This document shows positions 53,574-64,000 of a DNA stretch of 64,000 bases, piece after piece (the stretch's first letter is position 1; every line of letters starts with the position of its first letter). The notes under the pieces were generated by a model. That model saw nothing but the letters and a program-made list of their open reading frames with translations. It did no database searches and was not told the DNA's origin. The stretch is from Chiloscyllium plagiosum (taxonomy: Eukaryota), in NCBI RefSeq assembly GCF_004010195.1, contig NC_057719.1:12785872-12849871 (forward strand), written 5' to 3'. The position numbers and the translations under genes were made by a program.

Positions 53574-54054
53574 TGGATGTAGGTTACTCACTGAGCTAAA
53601 GATTCATTTCCAGACATTTAGTCACCCAACTAGGTAACATCTTCGGTGGGCCTCTGGGCGAAGCACTGCTGATAATTCCTGCTATTTATATGTTTGGGTT
53701 TCTTTGGGTTGGTTATGTCATTTCCTGTGGTGATGTCATTTCATGTGGTGATGTCATTTCCTGTTCTTTTACTCAGGGGTGGTAGATGGGTTCTAACTCG
53801 ATGTGTTTGTTGATAGAGTTCTGGTTGGGGTAAACACATCGAGTTAGACCCCATCTGCCACCCCTGAGTAAAAGGAACCGGAAATGGCATCACCACAGGA
53901 AATGATATCACTAACCCAAAGAAACCCAGACATACAAATAGAAAGTAGGAATTATCAGCAGTGCTTCGCCCGGGAGCCCACTGAAGATGTTATCTAGTAG
54001 GGTGACTAAACGTCTGAAAATGAACCTTCCAGTTCAGCGAGCAAATCTACATCC
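53574..54054. mobile_element. Penelope-like inverted terminal-repeat pair forming a ~480-bp hairpin, two mirrored hammerhead motifs
   Basis: About 53574-53808 is the imperfect reverse complement of about 53832-54054. ctgaaga-tgttatctagtagggtgac-taaacgtc at 53981-54014 and its mirror at about 53612-53645. Confidence 0.8.
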
Positions 54055-55619
54055 AATTGATGTCTACTTTTGCTTTGAATGTGAAAATGACTCTCATGTT
54101 TTTGCAATGACCATTTTCTGGGTAACAGAAGGTTATATGTTTTGGCCTCAAGCACTTCTGAATCCAGTTCAAAATTCTGAAAGAATTCAGTGCTAAACTT
54201 ATTTTGAGTTTTCTGTATGGACACATGATGTAGAATTACATTGTCCTAGGTATCTGACTTTTTCATTGTAAGAGACACAAGGCACAAGGTTAACTGTTCC
54301 AAGGTAGAGCTCATTAATAATTTCAAAAGGCAATTGGAGACCTGAGGGAATTGAACTTGCAGGGCTCTGAGGATGGATCAGTGGACTGAAGCTGACTGGA
54401 TTGCTGTACAGAAAGCAGAGGCTGAATGGCCTCGTTTTGTGTTGTAAAGTGAAATTAAGGTTGAGAATGTATTATTCTGTAACCAACCGTGCTTTACTAG
54501 CCCCGGGCAGTTTGCCAGAAAGGAGAATATATAATGTCCTTCCTCTCTCACTGGTGAACACCAGTACACTCTCGCATGGAGGTAAAATAACACTTTCTAC
54601 TATCGCGTTCTTAGCTCTGCTGAAGTCAAACATCTCAGGTTGGGAACACAACAGTTAGAAAATTCATAGTAGGAGTAGGCTATTTGGTCCCTCAACTGTG
54701 CTCAGCCATTCAATAAGGTCATGCCTGATCTGAATTGTGGCTGTGTAGTTCACTTTACTGTCTGCCCCTCCTCTAACTGTTGACTCTCTTACCAAGCAAA
54801 TGATGTCCAGATTCTATCTGAACATATTTAATAACCCAGCCTCCACTACTCTGTATAGAACAGAGTTCCGATTCGTGTCCCTTTGAGGGGTAAAATATTC
54901 TTCTCCTCTCAGTATAAAAATGTCATTAAAGATTTGCCGCCTTGTTAAAGACTCCTCCACAAGGGATAACATCCCCTCCATGTCTGAAATAATAACCTTC
55001 TATCAACTGGGCTGGAGAATTGCTTAAAATACTGAACTTTCAATGAGTTTTCAATTCAATCTGAATGGATAAAATGCAAGGTCCTCTGTCAGGTCCAGTG
55101 AGGAATGGAATCCAAGTCCTAATTAGATGGACTCTGTCAGATTGGGACAAACTGATTCAGTGCTTGATGGAAAATTCGTTAACAGTCCCGCAGCAGTAGG
55201 TTCACCTGTAAAATTCCCTGAGCGTCCTTCCCATTAACCTCCTGCCTGCCCCATCCCCATCACTCTCATCCCCAGTGTAGGCCTTTAAGTAGACGTTCAT
55301 TGCCTACTTTAGGGCCACATTCCAACCCCCTCCTCGCATTCCGACCCCACCACCACCACTTCTCCCAAGCCTCAGTTCTGAGGAATTCAGGGGAAGGGGA
55401 CACATCCAGCAACTCATCCTTTACCAGGCTATGGGCAGGAATAGAAGGGGGGAAAGTGCCATCCTCAAGGGTCTGATATGACAAGTGCTCCCAAACTGTT
55501 TCCCTTGCCCTGTCCTCTCCATTCACTTCCATCACCCTCCAACCCATCCTCTCATGATGTTTTAAGGTGGGGTTGTGTGAATCTGATTGGGACAGAGGGA
55601 CCAGGAATTACTCATAAAG

Positions 55620-56085
55620 TCATAGTCATAGAGTCATACAGCACAGAAACAGACCCTTCGGTCCAACCAGTCCATGTTGACCATAATCCCAAACTAATCT
55701 AGTCCCACCTGCCTGCGCTTGGCCCATATCCCTTCAAATATTTCTTATTCATGTACTTCTCTAAATGTCGTTTAAACATAATTGTGCTGCATCCACCACT
55801 TCCTCTGGAAGTTCATTCCACACAAACAACCTCCTGTGTAAAACAAAAATTGCCTTTCACGTCTTTCTTAAATCTTTCTCCTCTCACCTTAAAAATGTAC
55901 CCCTTAGTCCTGAAATCCCCCACTCTCAGGAAAAGCCATCTGCTATTCACCTTATCTATACCCCTCATGAATTTATGAACCTCTATAAGATCACCTTTCA
56001 ACTTCTTATGCTCCAATGAAATAGATCCCAGTCTATCCAGCCTCTCTTTACAACTCAACCAACCCCTCTATTCCCGGAAACATCG
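55620..56085 (-). mobile_element. CR1 LINE 3' end
   Basis: ORF 55813..56058 and catagagtcatag tail. Confidence 0.85.
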
Positions 56086-57087
56086 TGGTTGTACTGATGT
56101 TGGGTACAATCCAAACAAATGCTCCTCTCTGATCCCTCAGCTTGATGGAGACAGAATTCTTCTCTATTTCCTCCAATAATAAAAATTGCTGTGCATCTTG
56201 TTTGCTTGTTGTGAATGTTTAACAATTAGGAATGAGAGAGTTTTACAAATGCGTTCATTCCAAAAGCATGACATTCCATTTCTGATTTTCTTAGCTTCCT
56301 CTGCACTGCCATTAACCAACCCCCTCCTTCCCGCTCCTGTAGAAACCATCAGAGTTCATCCAAATCACCTTTCTGAGGAGGTTAGCGCTCTTAACCACAG
56401 GAATTTGCCAATTTTTAATGGATTGAGAGCAGACATTCTAACTGTCAGTGGACAATCGACTTGTCCCAGTAGTGAGGATTGCTGAGCATGATGACCATGA
56501 ATGAAATCTGACTAACTTTAGGAATTAAATAACACTTCCCTTTACAAATTAAATATCATTTACTCCTTTGAATTTTAAATGTTATATTACATAGAACTTT
56601 ACTTTCTTCAGGTGTAGTGGTCAATTGGTGTGCTTGTTTGAAATTTGGTATTCTTGCATTTGAGCACAAGACAAAAAGCTCTAATAACAAATCTTTTTCC
56701 AGTGACATTGGGCTTATCAATCTAGACCTAAACCCAATATATTCATGTCTGCAGTTAGTAGGTTCACCTGTTTAAAACCCTGTTTAAATGATTAACCATT
56801 AGTGAATTCTCAACATGGCCTTGGTTAGAGTAAGATGCTTAATTTGGACAATCTTCAAAGTTGGCATTTATATGTCCACCAAACTCTGGTGTATACCACC
56901 TAAATTTGGATGTGGCCTTGGGGATCATGCACCCTTATTATGAGTGAGTTTATTCTCCGATGAAACCTTTGTGTCTTAATGATCTGACCTGTCCTGACCT
57001 GTAGTGTCTGTGTTAAATAAAGCCTTTAGCTCCCAGGTTCCTGCTACAGTTTAATCTTGGCATCTTTCTTTGCTTTACTGTTTTCAG

Positions 57088-57150
57088 TTCAAGATGGCTT
57101 ACCAATGACCAGACGCTTTTCTAAAACCGAGTACCAACAATTCTTTCTAG
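57088..57150 (+). CDS. VSX2: In-frame 63-nt extension of last exon via upstream acceptor (+21 aa, [21 protein letters not shown])
   Basis: Strong tract ctttactgttttcag ending at 57087, open and in frame with exon 4. Resembles the insert isoform known from other vertebrate Vsx2 genes. Confidence 0.8.
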
Positions 57151-57464
57151 GAATGCACAAAAAGTCCCTCGAGGCATCTGAGGTGGTGAGGAAAGTGGAA
57201 GCCGAGCACGGCAGTCAGGCCAGCCAGGAGGACCCGGAGCGAGAAGTCAAGGGCAAGGATTCCAAGGCGGCCATTTCCAAAGAGGAACTGCGGGAGAGCA
57301 GCATAGCAGCCCTCAGGGCGAAAGCACAGGAGCACAGTGCTAAAGTGTTAGGAACGGTGTCCAGTGATGGGCAGAGCAAGATGGCGGAGGAGGAAAGAAC
57401 CGAGGAAATGAAGAGCGAGCAGTCTAAGGCAACGCCTGATGAGCTGTCGACAGAAAAGTTCTAA
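57151..57464 (+). CDS. VSX2: VSX2 last coding exon (short acceptor): GMHKKS...[18 protein letters not shown] (OAR)...STEKF-stop
   Basis: ttctttctag acceptor ending at 57150, end of CVC (GMHKK), OAR motif characteristic of VSX2 rather than VSX1, TAA at 57462-57464. Confidence 0.95.
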
Positions 57465-57940
57465 ACTTTATAAAAAACTGTTAGCTCTTTATATCGCTGC
57501 AGTCTTTTATGATGCAGTACTCTTCAAGACTATTTCACAGCAACAAAAGCAACATGATGTTGGTTCTGACTTAACTGTCAGGCCTCTCTCCCCGTTTTAT
57601 TTTTAATCAGGCTACTCTTGATGGATATGTGTGTGTGTGTGCGTGTGTGTTTTTTTTAACAATTTGTTGTTGTTATATTGACTTGTAATGTAACTATAAC
57701 CTATAATTATTCATTTGGAGTTGCGCCAAAGTGATCACTGGTGGATTTTGGTAGTTTTATTTTTCTTTCTGTTCTTTATTTTTTCAATTGTGTTCAAAAA
57801 TGTACTTGGATGTTCCAGAATTAGTCTTGGTTGCAGCATCCTCGTTAAATCCTCCATCCTCTAACCATTGATTCATTGTTCATAAACCAGACTTACAAGG
57901 GACACCTTATGATCAGAATAAAACACACACAAGGCCATTC
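57465..57940 (+). other. Probable VSX2 3' UTR with candidate polyA signal AATAAA at 57917-57922
   Basis: TE-free U-rich sequence after the stop codon, with a (GT)n tract near 57628-57650. The true transcript end cannot be determined. Confidence 0.45.
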
Positions 57941-58210
57941 AACCCTCCCAGCTCATCAGTGATCCATGTGTAGGCCCAATTCAGAATCTCATCTTTTCTC
58001 CACATTCTCTGCAATTAGAAATGGTCATTTCTTTTCATAAAATGTCAGCTGAGTTCACATTACTGAGTAAAGCAGCACCTAATTCCATAATTCCAACTTA
58101 AGTATGAAGCAGTTGCTGTCGATTTGAGTTTAATTCAATTGAAATATATTCATTCATGCTTCCTGGTTCATTTGACACTTGTGTCATGGCAGCCATCTTA
58201 GCTGGCACAT

Positions 58211-58224
58211 GTTACCATAGCAAC
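58211..58224. promoter_or_regulatory. Canonical RFX X-box GTTACCATAGCAAC
   Basis: Full palindromic-type match to the GTTRCCATRGYAAC consensus in non-repetitive DNA about 750 bp after the VSX2 stop. Confidence 0.55.
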
Positions 58225-58499
58225 AGTAACTAGTGATCGGCCTGACATAAAACAATGGAAGGTTTCAGTTTGCAGGCTCTGGTTGTGAGATGCGTTCACA
58301 AGAGCGGAACTTTTTAATGTCACATAAGTAATATTTTCACAATGCATTGGTTTTTCTCATTTATTCCTAGTTTGCTCACCTCACCTCTATTTTTCTGAAA
58401 GATGATGTTGCCCTCCACTCCCAAAATGGGAGTTCTACAGGGTGCTGATAACCTTCTACTTTCTTCAATGATTTGCTAACCTTCCTGCCATATTTCTTA

Positions 58500-59410
58500 G
58501 ACATTGGTAAGGCCACACTTGGACTACTGTGTACAATTCTGGTCACCCTGCTACAGGAAGTATGCCATTTAAATGGGAAAAGTTGCAAAAAAGACTTATA
58601 GGGATGTTACCAAACTGGAAGGTTTGAGATACACAGAGAGATTGGACAGGCTGAGACTTTCTTTCCTGGAGCGTTGGAGGCTGAGGGGTGACCTTACAGA
58701 GGTTTATAAAATTATGAGGTGCATGGTTAGGATGAATAGCCAAAGTCTTTACCCCAGGATATGATGTGGAAGTGCCCGTGTTGGACTGGGGTGGACAAAG
58801 TTAAAAATCACACAACATCGGGTTATCGTCTAACAGGTTTATTTGGAAGTACGAGCTTATCAGACTCTGACTTGAAAGAAGTTCTGAGATTTACATATTA
58901 ATGAATTGAAACCTGCATCTCCATTCTAAGTGATTAAAGACTTAACAGCAATCTAGGCTTATTCAATACATCGCATCAGTTGTATGACACTTTGATTTTT
59001 TGCGATAAATTCTGTGTCCCATGATCCCGCCCCACTGGCTACCTGATGAAAGAGCAGCACTTCAAAAGCGTGTACTTCCAATTAAACCTGTTGGACTATA
59101 ACCTGGTGTTGTGTGATTTTTCACTTTTCTCCCAGGGTAGGGAAGTCCAAAACTAGAAGGCAAAGGTTTAAGGTGAGAGGGGAAAGATTTAAAAGGAATT
59201 GGAGAGTCAACCTTTTCACTCAGAGGGTAGTGCATGTAGGGGCAAGTACAATTACAACATTTAAAAGACATTTGGACAGTTACATGGACAGGAATGGTTT
59301 AGAGCAATATTGGCCAAATGCAGGAAAATGGGACTAGTTGAGTTTAGGAAACCTAGCTGGCATAGATAAGTTGGGCTGAAGAGCCTGTTTTTGTCCTGTG
59401 TGACTCCATG
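58500..59410 (+). mobile_element. CR1 3' fragment split by a Penelope-like element (about 58763-59127) with inverted ends and decayed hammerhead (59043-59071)
   Basis: ORFs 58573..58764 and 59113..59337 flank the insert. Inverted ends aaagttaaaaatcacacaaca / tgttgtgtgatttttcacttt. Confidence 0.8.
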
Positions 59411-61059
59411 AACTATCAACCTAGCCCTATTTTAATCTGTAAAGGACTTGAGGTATTGGGAAAGAAAGCAGGAAAGGAGCTGAGGCTTATCAGATCACTG
59501 GATCACAAAGCAGACTTGATGGGCTGAATGGCCTGTTTCTATTCCTTTTTTATTGGTCCAACTGATAATTCCCAGGGTCTCTACTTTCTACATATAAATC
59601 AGCTCCACCTCTCAATTAGAATCTGGCGTCTAACTCGCTCCTTTTATTCAGCATATAAATCACCTGAATTCAAGGAGATTTAATGGACCAGAATGATCCG
59701 ATTTCCATGATTCAGTAATTATTCTGCACACTGTGTGCAGAATAAGATGGGGATTAAAAACAGGCAAATAGTGCTCAAAGTCTGTGGTGGCAAAAACTTT
59801 TAGTCGTTTTGAGTGGATTATCTTACTAAGTCTGCCCCTCTGTCACCTCTTAGGTTTGAGAAATTCCTAAACTTGATGTGGAAGGAAGCAGATGAATTGA
59901 AGGGAGCTCACAGTGCCTCTGGTTTCTGGGGGATATCAGAACGTCCATCTGACACAGGTCTCCAAGACGGAGACAGCAACTCCCCAGCTTGAGGTGATTG
60001 GCGTCAGGGGCATTGCCACTGCAAGGTTATCTGCAGTAAGTGCGGTTCTGGAGTGGTCAGCTCTGGTGCCGAAACACCCAAATACTACCCCCAACATTGC
60101 AGAGGCTCACCGAAGAATTTCCCTGGTACAGCCCTTCACTCTGTTGTTCACAATGGCGATCACCCTTGGACTGATTTGGAGTGTCTGTCCCAGAGAGTCC
60201 CTGGCCCATTCTGCAGTGAGTGGGTGGCTCCATGGTGTAATATGTTCAGACTTTCCAAGGAGACTCCCTGGGATATTTCCCATTTGACATGGGGTGAAAG
60301 TGACCTTTTAGGATTTGCCCATAGACGTATGCCCAAACCCCATCTGACACTCAATGCCTCACTGAAAATTATGTTCCCAATGTAAATGGGCTGGAATAAC
60401 AGAATCCTAATGTCGTTACAGTGTAGAAGGAGGCTATTCAGTCCACTATGCCTGCACTGGACTTCCAACAGAGCTGTGCTACAGATCTGAATTCTTGGCC
60501 CTTGTTAAAATTTGCTTTTCCAACTTCCCAGGGTTTAAGGGTCACTGGGGGGGTCAAGCCAATCTCCGAAATGGGAAATGGTCTCAACTGGGCTTGCCCT
60601 GCACCCCAATTTTAAAGTCAATTGGGTGTAAAATGACATTGTTTGGCAATTGATGATTCTTCAATGTTTTGCTAAAATATCATAGTACCACATCTAACCT
60701 GACATCCCTCCGAAATGATGGCACTACCTATGGAATACTATAACTGGGTAGAGATTAGTGACAGGCAGATGTGACCAGGGTATATTTAAATGAAGCATTA
60801 TTGTGCTATTAATGTTTCGTGTGAATCATCTCATGCTCAATGAATGTCCATGGTTTCTGGGAGAAAGGCTTTAATGGGCCAATCATTAAAGTTTTCCTGC
60901 TACCTTAGTCCCATTGCTAAGATAGAAGATATTCCACAAACCTCTTCCACTTTACACCAGCAATATTGGCCAGATTTATATTCTCCAATCTAGAACTGCT
61001 TCCCCCAACTCCCAACCACCCCCCCCCCCCCCCCCCCCCCCCCGTATAAATGCCCAAAC

Positions 61060-61250
61060 GAGCATAGAGAAGATATTGGAAACCCCTCTGTCCAAGGCCC
61101 CGGTATACCTTTCCTCTTCTGCCTCCGAGGTGTTTCCCACATCGGACCAGCCCAGCCTCCAGGTGACACCTAGCTGTATCATCATCAACAAGGGGGAGAT
61201 TACCCCCAGCCTACTCCCATTGGAGCAGTCCTTCCCCCACTTGCCCTGTC
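61060..61250 (-). mobile_element. Possible highly decayed Harbinger (HARBI1-like) transposase remnant
   Basis: Only weak motif similarity (NTSEAEEERY, LDRG) in ORF 60976..61470. A similarly weak piece lies near 33090-33300 (-). Confidence 0.3.
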
Positions 61251-61699
61251 GATCCTCATTCTCCACCCTCCTTACTCGACTTTGGTACTGGTTTCCACAG
61301 ACTACACCGTGTTGAGGACTGGCTGCTATCCCAGACTTTGCCACCCATCCCTGTGGGTGCTGCTGAAGCAAGGGAAATGTTAGCTGTTTGTTTGGTTGAT
61401 TCCAAAGACCAGGCATCCTCTTTGATAGTGGGGGTGTGGGTGTGGTGGTGGGCGCAGTGCAGAAAGCCATTCAACCAGCTTGCATTCTAATGGCCATTAA
61501 AGGCCTGGGGAGTGAGTTGAGCAAAGCCAAGTGAGCTCAGGTCTGACAACAATACCAGAGCAGGGAGGTTGATTCCTAGCTCAACTTCAGCCCACCTTCA
61601 ACCTCCTTAAATGGCACTGGATTAAAATTGCCTCCAGTCCCGACCAGATACAATGCCCACATGACTGACAATTTTAGCACAATCATAACGTTAACCTGT

Positions 61700-62232
61700 G
61701 CCCTGTGCCAGGGAACACCTCTGGGACACCCGCACCAACCAACCCAACCGCCCCGTGGCTGAACACTTTAACTCCCCCTCCCACTCCGCCAAGGACATGC
61801 AGGTCCTTGGCCTCCTCCATTGCCAGACCCTGACCACACGACACCTGGAGGAAGGGCGCCTCATCTTCCGCCTAGGAACCCTCCAACCACATGGGATGAA
61901 TGTAGATTTCTCCAGCTTCCTCATTTCCCCTCCCCCCACCTTATCTCAGTCCCAATCTCCGGATTCAGCACCGCCCTCTTGACCTGCAATCTTCTTCCCG
62001 ACCTCTCCGCCCCCACCCCCTCTCCGGCCTATCACCCTCACCCTCACCTCCTTCCACCTATTGTATTCCCAGTGCCCCTCTCCCAAATTCCCTCCCCCCT
62101 ACCTTTTATCTCAGCCCGCTTGGCACACCAGCCTCATTCCTGAAGAAGGGCTTATGCCCGAAACGTCGATTCTCCTGCTCCTCGGATGCTGCCTGGCCTG
62201 CTGTGTTTTTCCAGCACCACATTTTTCAACTG
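61700..62232 (+). mobile_element. Penelope-like retroelement 3' end: GIY-YIG endonuclease C-terminal fragment, C-rich UTR, hammerhead
   Basis: ORF 61698..61982 (REH...PVAEHFNSPSHS..D..VLGL...R..EE..LIFRLGTLQPHGMN) is typical of the PLE endonuclease tail. Confidence 0.85.
62140..62167 (+). ncRNA. Minimal hammerhead ribozyme motif, intact core
   Basis: CUGAAGA-A-GGGC[UUAU]GCCC-GAAA-CG-UC, downstream of the PLE endonuclease fragment. Confidence 0.75.
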
Positions 62233-64000
62233 TGCCATGATGTGTTGCAAGTAGCTGACCGATGCACTTGGCCAATGTGGTGCTGCTGCTGTGTCGACTC
62301 TAAATCGTTCTCCTTGTCTGATGCTTCCCTGAGGGGCTAGCACAGGGGGCAGAGGTCTGAGAGGTTAAGGCTGTTGATATGTTCCTCAATAGACCACACT
62401 CCCTCTCCAGATGCAATGATACCCCAACCCAACCATACCCTTGTAGTAGTTACATTTCATCATCTTTGGATACTTGGGCAGCCGAGCTGTGGGCTGTCAG
62501 AAAGGGGCAGAAAGGCACATCCACCCTGAGAGGCCAATGTATCCATATTAGGCTGGTGTGACTGGACCCTGATTCTATTGGGTCACTGATGTTACCTGTT
62601 ATAATAGTAAAACCAACCCTCGTACAGGCTTGTATCCATCCGCTGTGTGGGTCAGTTTAGCTCAGTTGGCTGGATAGCTGATTTGTGATGCAGAGTTAAT
62701 GCCAACAATGTGGGTTCAATTTCTGCACTGGCTGAGTCTCTCAGTCATAAAGAATCTCCTTCTCAACCTCCTCCTTTGCCTGAGGTCTGGTGACTCTCAG
62801 GTTAAACCACCTCCTGCTATCTGCCTCTAATGAGCTAGCAGGACTATGGCAAGTTTACTTTGGTCTATATTCCTTGTCCCAACTTAACACCCTAATCCAA
62901 GAGCAGCAATGAAAGACTTGCATTTATATAGTGCTTTTCACAACCTCTGGAGGTCTCAAAGGACCAATGACATTCTGTTCTGTAACACAACAGTCAATTG
63001 TCCCTTAGAATTATAACAAGTAATGTGATAATGCCCAGATAATTTGTTATTTTGTTTGCGATATTGAGAACTAGATGTTGACCAGGGCACCAGGGAGAAA
63101 TCCTCTAGTCTCTTTCAAAATGGTGACAGCTTGTAAATGCATGTGAGCAAACAGATAGTGGCTCTTTTGAAAGATGGCGTCCCTGGCATTGCTGTACTCC
63201 CTCAGCACTGCATGGAGTGTCGGCCTTGGGCTATCGCTGTGGAGAGGGACTTGAATCCCAAAAGTTGTTATCCAGAAGTAAGGCAACTTTTATCTGAGCC
63301 ACAAGCAGCTCTGATAATGAATATTGGTCATACTAGCCAGTGTCACCTCGCCAATGACACCTACACTCTGTGAATGAATATTTTTTTAAAAACACATTAT
63401 TTGGGCACATTTGAATTGTAGGTGAGATACTGCTTTCTTCGGGGTGATTACTATGTTTTAATCCTTAGATATTCCGTATGTGTGAGATTAGATTAGATTA
63501 GATTAGATTGCCCACAGTGTGGAAACAGGCCCTTTGGCCCAACCAGTTCACACCGACCCACCGAAGAGCAATGTTTATCAGAATTGCTTGTGTTCCATAG
63601 GGGGGAATGATCTGTTTGAATATGAGTGCAGAACCGTGTGCAAATGAGTTTCTGGCGTTTCTTCATTTGTAGCTGGGGTTGGTATGTGGAAAAATGCAAC
63701 CTTTATTATCAGGCTCGGCATGGGATAATCCTCATCGATTCTGTCCACACATCTGTATCTTCTTTGCACAGCCCTTTATTAAGTTTACACCCTACCTATA
63801 ACAGGCTGTAGAAATTGCTGCAATCACCAGCCAATTCTTCCTCCTCACATCGTAGGAGAAATCAATGACTCCTTCCTCTTGTGTCACATGGGTCCAGAGA
63901 TACTACACAAATCTGACAACTTGATTCCAAAGTAAGCCTAAAGACACCTTGTTTGACAAATAATTGACCACAATTAGCAGCTAAAGTAATGGCCAGACTT

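Noticed and set aside
62335..62355. CTCF-like cacagggggcag
   Set aside because: The 5' half of the motif does not match the consensus.

Overview
Vertebrate genomic DNA, inferred to be a shark/elasmobranch from its HE1-type V-SINEs, DeuSINEs and abundant CR1 LINEs. The only host gene I can support is VSX2 (CHX10) on the + strand. It has four coding exons here: 14967-15051, 18172-18295, 51681-51861 and 57088/57151-57464 (stop). They encode the paired-like homeodomain, CVC domain and OAR motif, and the last exon has two in-frame acceptors 63 nt apart. Exon 1 lies upstream of the window. The introns, including a 33.4-kb intron inside the homeobox, are filled with CR1 fragments (one young copy nested in another), SINEs, a decayed hAT transposase, a Tigger-like MITE and a probable solo LTR. 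Most notable: (1) about 12 Penelope-derived pieces, many only 90-190 bp and palindromic or TSD-flanked, each carrying a minimal hammerhead-ribozyme motif, three of them with intact cores; (2) two near-perfect local inverted duplications (340 bp and 101 bp) at retroelement junctions; (3) a TE-free, CpG- and TAAT-rich candidate enhancer in intron 3, plus CTCF and RFX motifs. TE boundaries were read by eye and are approximate unless a TSD or TIR is quoted.
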